DNA of 64,000 nucleotides from Alphaproteobacteria bacterium (GTDB lineage Bacteria; Pseudomonadota; Alphaproteobacteria; Rhizobiales; CAJQND01): NCBI GenBank assembly GCA_024227565.1, contig JAAEUE010000165.1, positions 71,911 to 135,910 of the forward strand, read 5' to 3'. Shown piece by piece: positions 25,452 to 34,931 of this stretch (position 1 is its first letter; each line of letters starts with the position of its first letter). The notes under the pieces were generated by a model. It saw only the letters and a program-made list of their open reading frames with translations, ran no database searches and was not told where the DNA came from. The position numbers and the translations under genes were made by a program.

Positions 25452-26780
25452 ATGGGATTGAAACGCTTGTTTGCACTGGTTGTGGTGCTGATGGTCGCTG
25501 GCCTCGGTGGCCTTTGGGCCTATGAGACAGGGCGTACATATCAGATAGCCGTAGGCGCGGGACCGCGCTCTGGCCAAGCCTTTAAGCTCATGACTGCATT
25601 GCAAGAGGTGATTCGGCGGCACAATCCGGAAATAACGCTTGAAGTGTATGAGACACGTGGGTCGTTGGAGAACTCTCTGCTGATGGCGCGCGGTGCCGTT
25701 CAGTTCGCCACAACGCAGGCAGACTTGGCCAGTACGCCTGCGGCGCGCATGGTTGCTGAGCTCTACCCCGACACCTTCCAACTCATTGTCAGGCCAGACA
25801 GCAAGATCAACAACATTGGTGATCTTGCAGGCAAACGCCTGGCTTTGCCGCCCGAAAAGAGCGGAGAGTTCAAATCGTTTTGGTTTCTCGCCTCCCACTA
25901 TGGCCTGAAGCGCCAGGATGTAGAAATCGTGACAGGGACGGAAAAGACCACCGATTGGGTTTTTCTAAATGGCGATGTTGACGCTCTGTTTCGCATTAGA
26001 GCTCCTGGCGACGAGGCTTTGCTTGATCTGATCGATAAGGTGGATGGACGTATCCTGCCCATCCGGCAGGCTTCTGCCTTGCAACTGCGCCAACCTGCGC
26101 TGCGGGCTGGCACCCTGCCCGTAGGCTCCTATCGGGGCCAGCCGCCGGTGCCGGCGAGCGATTTGCCGACGGTGGCCGTTAAACTGCTTCTTGCGGTAAG
26201 GGCCGAAGTTCCTGACAGCGTGGTGCGCGCCATAACTTCGCTGTTGTTTGAGCGGCGCAGAGAACTGATCTCCTTTGAGCCCCTGGCCGGATCCATCACC
26301 GAGCCAAAGCGTGCCGACGGCACCTTCCTGCCCATCCACCCGGGCGCGCAGAGCTTTTATGACCGGGATCAACCATCGTTTCTTCAGGAAAACGCCGAAC
26401 CGATCGCCCTAATCGTCTCCGTCATCGTTGTGCTGGCCTCCCTTCTTCTGCAGCTTGCAAGCTATCGCAGAAAAAAGGCGATGGACCGCTTCAACATTGA
26501 ACTTCTGCTGCTCTCAGACAAGGCCCGCCATGCGGACAGTCTTGAGACCATCGACCGCTGCGATGCCGAGCTTTCAGATTTCGTCCCGCGCATCGTTGCA
26601 GCAACACAGAGCGGTCAAATCAGTGCAGAGCAGTTCGACATGTTCCATTTCACCTACGATACCGTGGAAGATGCGATCAGGGATCGGGAAACGCAATTGT
26701 TGCGGACCAAACCGACGCCGGCGACCAAACAGCCCCGCCGCACAAACCAGCGCCGGGCAGCAAAGGGCAAGGCCGTCTGA
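25452..26780 (+). CDS. TAXI-family (TRAP-type) solute-binding domain protein with N- and C-terminal TM anchors and a cytoplasmic helical tail
   Basis: N-terminal TM, then a TAXI/NMT1-like domain (YETRGSLENSLLMARGAVQFATTQADL...IHPGAQSFY). A second TM follows (IALIVSVIVVLASLLLQLA), then a charged tail of about 100 aa. Confidence 0.75.
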   Translation: MGLKRLFALVVVLMVAGLGGLWAYETGRTYQIAVGAGPRSGQAFKLMTALQEVIRRHNPEITLEVYETRGSLENSLLMARGAVQFATTQADLASTPAARMVAELYPDTFQLIVRPDSKINNIGDLAGKRLALPPEKSGEFKSFWFLASHYGLKRQDVEIVTGTEKTTDWVFLNGDVDALFRIRAPGDEALLDLIDKVDGRILPIRQASALQLRQPALRAGTLPVGSYRGQPPVPASDLPTVAVKLLLAVRAEVPDSVVRAITSLLFERRRELISFEPLAGSITEPKRADGTFLPIHPGAQSFYDRDQPSFLQENAEPIALIVSVIVVLASLLLQLASYRRKKAMDRFNIELLLLSDKARHADSLETIDRCDAELSDFVPRIVAATQSGQISAEQFDMFHFTYDTVEDAIRDRETQLLRTKPTPATKQPRRTNQRRAAKGKAV

Positions 26781-27901
26781 TGCGTAAATTCCTGGCTCCC
26801 CTCCTCATTCTCGCCGTTGCCGCTGTTGCTGGCCTTGTTACTCAGCATCAGGTGCGAACCTATCAGAATGAAGAAGTTGAGAAGCGTGCGTTTACACGCC
26901 TTCAGCTCTTCTTGGGTTTGCGCAAGACCGCCCTGGAAGATCATTTTCGCTCAAGCGGGTCAGATGTGCGTGCCATGAGCCGCAACACCATGGTGCAGCT
27001 TACGCTCAGCCATCTTCAAACCGCCTGGAGCGCAGAGGGCGAGGAAGCCAGCGCACTTTTGAGGGCAGACTACATCACAAAGAACCCGTTCCCCGTTGAC
27101 AAACGTGACCGGTATGCCGCGGTGCCAGATGGATCAGACTACAGCCTCGCCCACCAGCAATTTCAGCCGTGGGCGCGGCGTTTCGTGAGGCACTTTGGCT
27201 ATTACGATCTGTTTCTGATCGCAGCAGATGGCACCGTGCTCTACACGTTCAAGAAAGAAGACGACTTCGGCACAAACCTGACGATCGGCCCCTACTCCTC
27301 ATCGGCGCTGGGATACACATTTGCCGCCGCAAAACGTTTCGGCGGCAGGAAAACCGCATTCTCCGATTTTGAAGAGTACGCTCCAAGCGATGGCGCGCCG
27401 GCAGCATTTGCCGGCAGCGCCATTGTGGGCAAGAACGATGCGGTGATTGGCGTATTCGCCGTACAGATGCCCTCTGCCCCCATCGAAAAGATTTTGGATT
27501 TCAACGAGGGGCTTGGAAAAACGGGGCACACGTACGTTGTGGGACCCGACAATCTGCTGCGCAGCCAACTGCGGTTCTCATCAACCCCCACACTGCTGAA
27601 GCAACAAGTGAAATCGGTTTCCATCACCCGCGCCCACGGCGGCTTCAGCGGCACACACATCGTAACGAACTCTGCCGGTGAAAAGGTGCTGTCGGCCTAT
27701 GCTCCGCTTGAGCTGCAAACGGAACGCTGGGCGTTGGTTGCCGAACACACACAATCTGAGAATCTTGAGGCTGTCGAAAGCCGCTGGGCGCTCGCGGCAG
27801 GAGGGTTGGTGGCACTGGTCACGGTTCTTGTGTTGTTTGCATTTCTGTCCTTGCTCTCCGCACACACAAACGGTGTGCAAAGGACAAAGGCTGAGCCGTG
27901 A
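26780..27901 (+). CDS. double-Cache-type periplasmic sensor domain protein without output domain
   Basis: TM, then YYDLFLIAADGTVLYTFKKEDDFGTNL...GVFAVQMPSAPIEKILDFNEGLGKTGHTYVVGPDNLLRSQ...VLSAYAPLELQTERWALVAEHT, then a second TM and only about 15 further residues. The ATG overlaps the upstream stop (TGATG). Confidence 0.7.
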   Translation: MRKFLAPLLILAVAAVAGLVTQHQVRTYQNEEVEKRAFTRLQLFLGLRKTALEDHFRSSGSDVRAMSRNTMVQLTLSHLQTAWSAEGEEASALLRADYITKNPFPVDKRDRYAAVPDGSDYSLAHQQFQPWARRFVRHFGYYDLFLIAADGTVLYTFKKEDDFGTNLTIGPYSSSALGYTFAAAKRFGGRKTAFSDFEEYAPSDGAPAAFAGSAIVGKNDAVIGVFAVQMPSAPIEKILDFNEGLGKTGHTYVVGPDNLLRSQLRFSSTPTLLKQQVKSVSITRAHGGFSGTHIVTNSAGEKVLSAYAPLELQTERWALVAEHTQSENLEAVESRWALAAGGLVALVTVLVLFAFLSLLSAHTNGVQRTKAEP

Positions 27902-27994
27902 CACAAGGCACGCCGGAATAGCGATGGCGCAATCTGGAAAAGTCCTTTAAACGATCCTACCTCACACCATCCTGCATAGTTGAGTGTTCTTTCA

Positions 27995-29212
27995 ATGAGA
28001 GTAGTTCTTATCAACCTGCTGACGACGGTCATCACGCTGCTGGTGTGTGTCGGTGTCATCGAATTTGGCCTGAGGCTCTATTACTTCGGGCATGTGACCC
28101 CCTTTATCGGTGGCCCAAAGCTCTACCGTCCTGATCCCCAAGTTGGTTTTGCGCTCAATCCCAACTTAAAAAGCTCACAGCAGCGACCCGCTTTCATCGT
28201 GCCGGTAACCACCAACTCCCTGGGCTTGAGGGGGCCGGAATTGGGGCCAAGATCCAATAAATTCCGGATCGCCGTGCTTGGCGATTCACACACCTTTGGA
28301 AGTGGCCTGGCCGATAATGAGACACTGCCCGCACTCCTTGAGATAGAGCTGAACAAACTGGCAGGCTCAGATCGATTTGAGGTTGTGAATGCCGGAAGCC
28401 CAGCCCAAAGCACCGTGCAAGAATATCTGCAACATAAGCGCCTGGCCAAACAGGTTGATGCCGATCTGTGGATTTTCGCTTTCACCGGGGAAAACGATAT
28501 CCAATACAATACGGCTGAACTGCGCTCCAAAATGACCAGCGGGCCCCGTCGCCCCGTAGCCAGCTTGAACAGCAACGGCAACCTGGAGTTCGATTTTTCA
28601 GGTGCTGAGCGCTACTTCAAGAAAAATAAATGGCGGCTTGAGGGTCCTCTGCAAGACCGACCGTGGTACGAGAACACTGCCCTGTACTTGCGAGGCAAGA
28701 TTGCCTGGAAATCGTTCGGGGGTCGATCGGCTGCGCCTGATCCAAACATTGTTCTGGGGTGGCCTTACCTCAAAGAATTTTCGCCCGAGTATACGCTTCC
28801 GGGATCTCCTGCGGTCGATTATGAAACGTTGTGGCAAGACGGTTGGAACGTCACCAAGGCGTTGATCCTGGCCATTCGCGATGAAACGAAAATACTCCAG
28901 TCCGATTTTGCCATGATATCGGTGCCCTCTGACTTCCAGCTAAAGCCGGGCATAAGGGAGGGGTTCGAAGAATTGTTTCCAGCTCTGAAAATTGACGACA
29001 CCCACGGTGACCGGGCGTTAAAGGAATTCGGTGCCGCCAATGGGATCCCGGTGCTGGATATACGGACGCCACTTGAAAAAGCGAAGGCCACCGGCATCAG
29101 AGACCTGCACTACACAGTGTTCGACAGCCACATGAAACCGAAGGCGCACGAAATCATGGCCAAGGACCTGGCGCGACAACTGATGTCGCAAAAGCTCGTG
29201 CCGGGCAATTGA
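27995..29212 (+). CDS. membrane-anchored SGNH/GDSL-type hydrolase or acyl-esterase
   Basis: N-terminal TM (MRVVLINLLTTVITLLVCVGVIEF) and block I IAVLGDSHTFGSG. The ATG at 27995 lies inside a track ORF that starts at the TTG at 27980. Confidence 0.7.
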   Translation: MRVVLINLLTTVITLLVCVGVIEFGLRLYYFGHVTPFIGGPKLYRPDPQVGFALNPNLKSSQQRPAFIVPVTTNSLGLRGPELGPRSNKFRIAVLGDSHTFGSGLADNETLPALLEIELNKLAGSDRFEVVNAGSPAQSTVQEYLQHKRLAKQVDADLWIFAFTGENDIQYNTAELRSKMTSGPRRPVASLNSNGNLEFDFSGAERYFKKNKWRLEGPLQDRPWYENTALYLRGKIAWKSFGGRSAAPDPNIVLGWPYLKEFSPEYTLPGSPAVDYETLWQDGWNVTKALILAIRDETKILQSDFAMISVPSDFQLKPGIREGFEELFPALKIDDTHGDRALKEFGAANGIPVLDIRTPLEKAKATGIRDLHYTVFDSHMKPKAHEIMAKDLARQLMSQKLVPGN

Positions 29213-29257
29213 CATTCAACCATGCCCGCGCGTATTGAAACGCCGGTCTAGAGCATA

Positions 29258-29779
29258 TTGTTCCCGATCAGACGTAACCGTCTGCTTGGAGGTTGCTCTG
29301 ATAACGGCCGTTTCGCAGCAACAGCACCTGGGCAGACCCCCTTGGCAAAGAACCCGACAGCAATCCACGAGGATTTCTCGCGCAGTGAAGACTTGAAAGG
29401 TCCCAGTGACCGCTCGTTTGGGATCACGTTCTGCGTGGTGTTCGCCCTGTTTGCCGGGTTTTCTCTTTGGTTTGGCGGCAATTTGTGGCCGTGGCTGGCG
29501 GGCATATCGGCGGTGTTTGGCCTGCTTGGTGTCGTTTGGCCATCAGTGTTGGCGCCGCTCAACAAACTCTGGTTTTTGTTTGGGTTGCTGCTGCACAAGA
29601 TTATGACGCCCCTCATCATGGGAATTATGTTTTATGGGCTGATTACTCCGGTTGGCCTGCTGATGAGAATGACCGGGAAGGATCCAATGCGTCTCAAATC
29701 GCACCCTGAGACCAAGTCATACTGGATCGACCGTGAGCCGGTTGCCGCAGACGGCGACCATATGAAGAACCAATTTTGA
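29258..29779 (+). CDS. SxtJ-like small membrane protein
   Basis: HEDFSRSEDLKGPSDRSFGITFCVVFALFAG... plus three further TM segments, the layout I recall for SxtJ-family proteins next to carbamoyltransferases. The track start is a TTG; the true start is probably downstream (for example the TTG at 29342). Confidence 0.65.
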   Translation: MFPIRRNRLLGGCSDNGRFAATAPGQTPLAKNPTAIHEDFSRSEDLKGPSDRSFGITFCVVFALFAGFSLWFGGNLWPWLAGISAVFGLLGVVWPSVLAPLNKLWFLFGLLLHKIMTPLIMGIMFYGLITPVGLLMRMTGKDPMRLKSHPETKSYWIDREPVAADGDHMKNQF

Positions 29780-29798
29780 GCTTTTGAGGCGAATTGCC

Positions 29799-29951
29799 GT
29801 GTTAGACTTTGTCCGTGAACTTTGGTCGTACTTTCGCACAAGAAAGAAATACTGGCTTGCACCTGTGATTATCGTCATGGTGCTGTTAGGCGGCCTCATC
29901 GTCCTGACCCAAGGTTCTGCCGTGGCGCCATTCATCTATACAATCTTCTGA
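29799..29951 (+). CDS. DUF5989 (SxtK-like) 50-aa membrane micro-protein, not in ORF track
   Basis: The GTG at 29799 (GAGG 8 nt upstream) through the TGA at 29949-29951 translates to MLDFVRELWSYFRTRKKYWLAPVIIVMVLLGGLIVLTQGSAVAPFIYTIF. The KK.WL.P...PFIYT.F signature matches DUF5989 as I recall it. It has 19-nt gaps to both neighbours. Confidence 0.7.
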   Translation: MLDFVRELWSYFRTRKKYWLAPVIIVMVLLGGLIVLTQGSAVAPFIYTIF

Positions 29952-29970
29952 TCTGGCTGCCTGACCGCAC

Positions 29971-31806
29971 ATGCATATCCTCGGCATTTCCGCCTTCTAT
30001 CACGACAGCGCGGCTGCACTTGTGCGGGACGGAGAAATTGTTGCGGCCGCCCAGGAAGAGCGCTTCACGCGCAAGAAACACGATTCCGGATTTCCGCATC
30101 AGGCGATCGAGTATTGCTTGAGCGAAGCTGGCATCGGGATTGATGACATCGATCATGTGGCCTTCTACGACAAGCCCTTCTTGAAGTTTGAACGCCTGCT
30201 GGAAACCTATCTGAGCTTTGCGCCAAGCGGCTACAAGTCCTTCGCAATGGCCATGCCGGTCTGGCTAAAGGAAAAGCTGTTTCAAAAGTCCTTGCTGAAC
30301 ACCGAGCTGAAGAAGCATCTGCCAAAGTTCAACTGGTCAGACAAACTGCTCTTCGCCGAACATCACCAGAGCCATGCGGCGAGCGCATTCTTCCCCTCAC
30401 CTTTTGAGGAAGCTGCAGTTCTGACCATGGACGGCGTCGGCGAATGGGCCACCACCTCGCTGGCGGTCGGGCATGGCAATCAGCTGGAAATGCTGAAAGA
30501 GATCCATTTCCCGCACTCGCTCGGACTGCTCTATTCAGCTTTCACCTACTACACAGGTTTCAAGGTGAACTCCGGCGAATACAAAGTCATGGGCCTGGCC
30601 CCCTATGGCGAACCCAAGTTTGCCTCCGTCATCAAGGACAATCTGATCGACATCAAGCCTGACGGCAGTTTCAAGCTGAACATGGACTACTTCGACTATT
30701 GCACCGGTCTGCGCATGACCAACGCCAAGTTCGATGAGCTGTTCGGCGGACCGGCCCGCTCGGCCGAACAACTCATGACCCAGCGCGAGATGGATTTGGC
30801 GGCGTCCGTTCAGGACGTTCTGGAAGATGTGGTCCTGGCCATGGGCCGGAGCATTGCCAAGGAACAAGGCCAGAAGAACCTGTGCCTGGCAGGCGGTGTT
30901 GCACTGAATTGCGTGGCCAACGGCAAGCTCTTGCGGGATGGATGCTTTGACGAGGTTTGGATCCAACCAGCCGCCGGCGATGCTGGTGGCGCGCTGGGTG
31001 CAGCGCTTGGGGCCTGGCATCAACATTTTGACAAACCCCGCAAGACCAATGGCGGTCACGACGCCATGGCGGGTTCCTATCTTGGCCCCTCCTACCAGCA
31101 GGACGAGATTGAGCGGCGGTTGACTGAGGCAGGTGCAAAGTTTGAAAGCTTGGATGAGGACGCCATAGTCACCCGCACAGCCGCTGATCTTGCAGACGGC
31201 AAGGGCATTGGCTGGTTTCAGGGGCGCATGGAATTTGGCCCCCGCGCCCTGGGCTGCCGCTCCATCCTGGGTGACCCGCGCTCACCGAGCATGCAGAAGA
31301 TGCTCAACCTGAAGGTCAAATACCGCGAAAGCTTCAGGCCCTTCGCGCCCTCTGTTCTGGAAGAGAAGGTGGGCGACTGGTTCGACCTGGATTCTGAGAG
31401 TCCTTACATGTTGTTAGTGGCAGATGTTAAAGCAGAACATCGCACCGAAATGACCGCCGAGGAGCAGGCTCTGTTCGGCATCGAGAAGCTCAACGTGCCG
31501 CGCTCTTCCATTCCGGCGATCACCCATGTGGACTATTCGGCCCGGGTGCAAACCGTCAGCAAGCGCACCAATCCGCGCTACCACGCGCTCATCAGCGCCT
31601 TTGGGGAAAAGACCGGGTGCCCGGTCCTGGTCAACACGTCATTTAATGTGCGCGGCGAGCCGATTGTGTGCACCCCGGAAGATGCCTTCCGCTGCTTCAT
31701 GGGCACCGACATTGAGACCCTTGTGGTGGGCAATTGCCTGATGGAAAAAGACGCCCAGGACCCTGCCCTCAAGCAGGACTACAAGGACGCCTTTGAGCTC
31801 GATTGA
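29971..31806 (+). CDS. carbamoyltransferase (NodU/CmcH family)
   Basis: MHILGISAFYHDSAAALVRDGEIVAAAQEERFTRKKHDSGFP. 611 aa with a C-terminal YrdC/Kae1-like layout typical of O-carbamoyltransferases. Confidence 0.9.
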   Translation: MHILGISAFYHDSAAALVRDGEIVAAAQEERFTRKKHDSGFPHQAIEYCLSEAGIGIDDIDHVAFYDKPFLKFERLLETYLSFAPSGYKSFAMAMPVWLKEKLFQKSLLNTELKKHLPKFNWSDKLLFAEHHQSHAASAFFPSPFEEAAVLTMDGVGEWATTSLAVGHGNQLEMLKEIHFPHSLGLLYSAFTYYTGFKVNSGEYKVMGLAPYGEPKFASVIKDNLIDIKPDGSFKLNMDYFDYCTGLRMTNAKFDELFGGPARSAEQLMTQREMDLAASVQDVLEDVVLAMGRSIAKEQGQKNLCLAGGVALNCVANGKLLRDGCFDEVWIQPAAGDAGGALGAALGAWHQHFDKPRKTNGGHDAMAGSYLGPSYQQDEIERRLTEAGAKFESLDEDAIVTRTAADLADGKGIGWFQGRMEFGPRALGCRSILGDPRSPSMQKMLNLKVKYRESFRPFAPSVLEEKVGDWFDLDSESPYMLLVADVKAEHRTEMTAEEQALFGIEKLNVPRSSIPAITHVDYSARVQTVSKRTNPRYHALISAFGEKTGCPVLVNTSFNVRGEPIVCTPEDAFRCFMGTDIETLVVGNCLMEKDAQDPALKQDYKDAFELD

Positions 31807-31810
31807 TTGA

Positions 31811-32812
31811 TCAGGCTGTGGCGCGCAACGGCTGCGCTTGATCGAGCTGAGCCAACTCGTCAGTCAGAAATTCTGCGATCTTCTCCATACCGCCAGCCTC
31901 AATGTCGGCGCCTTCTTCTGCTGCCGCATTGTAGTTGGTGTTGGTGTTGATGTCGTAGACCACGGGCGTGCCGTCCGGGCGGCGGATATATTCGATGCCT
32001 GCAACCTCAATGCCGTTCGCGGCCAGCACTTCTTCCAGCTTCGCGGCCAGGGTGAGATCAGGAGCATCGGAAATCTCAAACCGTGGGCCCGCTGCCTCAA
32101 CCGGCTCCGGTGCTTCGTTGGAACCTGCCGGGCAGAAATCTGCAAAATCAACATTGCAGGCATCCGCCGGGCAGAGCTCAAAGCTTCCGCCAGCAAACAC
32201 ATTGACCGCATAGATGAACTTGCCGCCGACGAACTCTGCGCGGGTGATGTGCTCCTCGTTTGTTTCGATCTTCTCCTGGACCAACCACACGTCGTCAAGC
32301 GTCTCGGGGAACACATCCGCCTCAAGCGCCTGTTCGAGCTCGTCCACCGTGGAATAGAGCTGAACGCCAAGCCCCTTGCCGCCCTGGTTGGGCTTCACAA
32401 TAAACGGCTCGAGTGCAAGTTCGCGCGCAGCGTCCAGGACCTTGTCTTTGCCCACCGCCACAACCGTTTTCGGTGTCGCAATGCCAGCCTTGCTCAGTTG
32501 GATCTGTTGGGCCGCTTTTGAGAACTCAAGTTTCAGCACATCGCTGCCGTTGATCACCCGGCGACCGTGGGCCTGCAACCAGCGCAGAACAATGTCCGTG
32601 CTGTGATTGGCATGGAAATGTCCACGGGTGTAGTTGGAGGCACTCATGCGGCTGAAGAATACGCCCTCGGGCGGTATCGTGCTGAGATCCACCGTCAGTT
32701 GGTCGAGCAGCCACTCCTCATACGGGGTCTGGCGCTTCTCGAACGCGTGCCGCAGGGGCGGCAGCCAAGCTGAGTTTTCGTGGATCACATAAACCTTGGG
32801 GGCAACAGACAT
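31811..32812 (-). CDS. ATP-grasp domain protein (RimK/glutathione-synthetase-like ligase)
   Basis: FIVKPNQGGKGLGVQLYS, WLVQEKIE and VAGIEYIRRPDGTPVVYDINTNTNY. Convergent with the carbamoyltransferase, 4 nt apart. Confidence 0.75.
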   Translation of the reverse strand: MSVAPKVYVIHENSAWLPPLRHAFEKRQTPYEEWLLDQLTVDLSTIPPEGVFFSRMSASNYTRGHFHANHSTDIVLRWLQAHGRRVINGSDVLKLEFSKAAQQIQLSKAGIATPKTVVAVGKDKVLDAARELALEPFIVKPNQGGKGLGVQLYSTVDELEQALEADVFPETLDDVWLVQEKIETNEEHITRAEFVGGKFIYAVNVFAGGSFELCPADACNVDFADFCPAGSNEAPEPVEAAGPRFEISDAPDLTLAAKLEEVLAANGIEVAGIEYIRRPDGTPVVYDINTNTNYNAAAEEGADIEAGGMEKIAEFLTDELAQLDQAQPLRATA

Positions 32813-32910
32813 CGAGCTCTCCTCGGGGCGAGTGCAAATTGCATGTCTGTTCTATTTAAAGAACGAATTGTTCTTTTTCAAGGAATGTCCGTTAAAACAA
32901 ACGTGAAGAT

Positions 32911-34179
32911 CTAGCCTGTTGCGATGTCCGCGGCAACAGGCGGACGCCGCAGCGCCCGCATCAGCGGCGGCGTTGCGAGCAAGCAATAGGCTGCGAAGCA
33001 CAGGCACACGGTTTCAATGGGAAAGCCCAGATCGAGCATCACACCCACCGTAACCGGCCCGAGCGCAGAGGCAAACACGCTGATGGCCCCGACGGTGGAC
33101 TTGATCGCACCCAAGTGGCGTACCCCATAGAGTTCAGCCCAAAGGGCCGTCAGGCCGGCAAAATAGAGGCCTGAGTTGATCCCACCCAAGAACAGATAGG
33201 CCAGGACCCAAAGCGGATCTTCGGCAGGCGCTAAAAGGATTAAGCCTGCAGCCAAAGGCAGGAGATAGAACGGCATGATGCGCGCTGCCGTTAATCGGTC
33301 AATCAACGGGCCTGCCGTCAGCAGCGCCAGCACTGTGGAGAGGCCGAAAACCCAATAGCTGCCGGTCACCCATTCTGCCGACCACCCTTTGGCTTCGGCC
33401 AGAGTGAGATGATGGAAAAACATGGCCGTCATGATGAAAGACGGCGCCACAGCTGCCGGCAGGAGCAGGTAGAACCGTGGTTCGCGCAGCATCTCCCAAC
33501 GTGTCTTGTTGCCGGCGGCGCTTGCATCGGTGGAATTTTGCTCACGAACGTCCGTCAGATGCTGTTCGTGCCGATGCGCATGCCCCTTCAGAAGCCACAG
33601 CACAATTGGGATGATCGCCAGGACCACAAATCCGGACACGCTGTAGGTTTGGCGCCACCCCCAGGCGGCGATAGCGGCAACGGCCAGCACCGGCAAGACG
33701 GCTTCCCCGATGGTGAACCCAATGGAAACCAATGACAGCGCCTTGCCGCGGTGCGCACCGTGATAGCGGGCCATGGAAGTGGAGGCTGTGTGGCTGGTCA
33801 GGCCCTGGCCCATTTGGCGCAGCAGAAAGATCGCCACGGTCAACGCCACAACCGACTGGATTGAGCTCATGACAAAACACGCGCCGGCCAGCCCCGCAAT
33901 CACCACGCCGGCAAACAGGCGCAGATCCATCCGGTCGATCAAGCCGCCCGTGTACGTGAGCAGCGCTGCGCTCGACAGGGTGCCGATCATGTAGATTGTG
34001 CCCCACTCGGTATGGCTCAGCGAAAACGCAGCGCGCACCTCCGGGCCAAACACGCCAATAAAGAAGGTTTGGCCGGCACTTGAGGTGAAGGCGACCACAA
34101 GACCAAAGGCGAGAAACCGCAGGTTCGCGCGGGCAAAGGAAAGATAATCGCGTAAGGCCATGAGTTTGAGAAACTTCAA
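32911..34179 (-). CDS. MFS transporter
   Basis: About 12 TM segments. Clear paralog of 37736-38980 (AGQTFFIGVFGPEVRAAFSLSHTEWG vs FGQTFFISLFAGELRATFDLSHGELG; LLRQMGQGL vs LLRLMGQGM). Confidence 0.85.
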   Translation of the reverse strand: MKFLKLMALRDYLSFARANLRFLAFGLVVAFTSSAGQTFFIGVFGPEVRAAFSLSHTEWGTIYMIGTLSSAALLTYTGGLIDRMDLRLFAGVVIAGLAGACFVMSSIQSVVALTVAIFLLRQMGQGLTSHTASTSMARYHGAHRGKALSLVSIGFTIGEAVLPVLAVAAIAAWGWRQTYSVSGFVVLAIIPIVLWLLKGHAHRHEQHLTDVREQNSTDASAAGNKTRWEMLREPRFYLLLPAAVAPSFIMTAMFFHHLTLAEAKGWSAEWVTGSYWVFGLSTVLALLTAGPLIDRLTAARIMPFYLLPLAAGLILLAPAEDPLWVLAYLFLGGINSGLYFAGLTALWAELYGVRHLGAIKSTVGAISVFASALGPVTVGVMLDLGFPIETVCLCFAAYCLLATPPLMRALRRPPVAADIATG

Positions 34180-34238
34180 AGAGGTTCCGTGCCTCTTACA
34201 GGTCTGCCTTGTTCGGGTCCAGCAACAGATTTGCCGGT

Positions 34239-34781
34239 TCAGCCCGCCGGCGCCATGGACAAGCCATCGGCCATGAGTTCCTCAATGAACAAACTGAGCA
34301 GTTGCGGGCGTCCGGTCACACCAGCCTTCTGGTAAATGGCGTTGCACTGGGCCTTGATCGTGCCCTGTTTGGTGTTGCGAATGTCAGCGATCTCTGCGAG
34401 CGACAGCCCCTTGATCGCGAGCAGAGCCACATCACGTTCAGACGGCGTCAGCGCCCAGTCGGCAAAGTTCTGATCCAACAACTCGAAGAACGCGCCCGAA
34501 GCGACCTTCAGTTGGGCTTCCGTGCGCTCGTGCCGCTTCAACAGCGAGCGAAGCTCAATGGCGACCAGCACCACCCCAATAACCAGTCCGGCAACCACTA
34601 CGATTTCCACCAAATCGTCATCAAAGCCAATGCCCTGATCGCCCCAGCCGAAAAGGTCAGCGCTCACGTCAAACAGGAAAAACAACGTGCAGCCCGCTTG
34701 GACTGCCAGCAACCACCAGAGAGTGCGCGCCCGGCTTTTTACGTCCGGCGCGGTGTTTGGTGCAGCATCAGTGAAGGTCAT
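34239..34781 (-). CDS. membrane-anchored LuxR-family HTH regulator
   Basis: Two N-terminal TM segments, then LTPSERDVALLAIKGLSLAEIADIRNTKQGTIKAQCNAIYQKAGV (LuxR/GerE HTH). The ATG at 34781 (MTFTDAAPN) lies inside the longer track ORF. Confidence 0.75.
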   Translation of the reverse strand: MTFTDAAPNTAPDVKSRARTLWWLLAVQAGCTLFFLFDVSADLFGWGDQGIGFDDDLVEIVVVAGLVIGVVLVAIELRSLLKRHERTEAQLKVASGAFFELLDQNFADWALTPSERDVALLAIKGLSLAEIADIRNTKQGTIKAQCNAIYQKAGVTGRPQLLSLFIEELMADGLSMAPAG

Positions 34782-34931
34782 CGAAAAAGCTCCCCAACTT
34801 GGCCCTTTGGGATCGGGCGCAACCAGATTGTGAGGGTTGCGCCCGACATCACCTCTGTATCTTGAGTTGGGGGGCAAGTCGAGACAACAGAGGCCAAAGC
34901 TCAAGCTTCATCAGTGAGAAGCCCGATTGGC

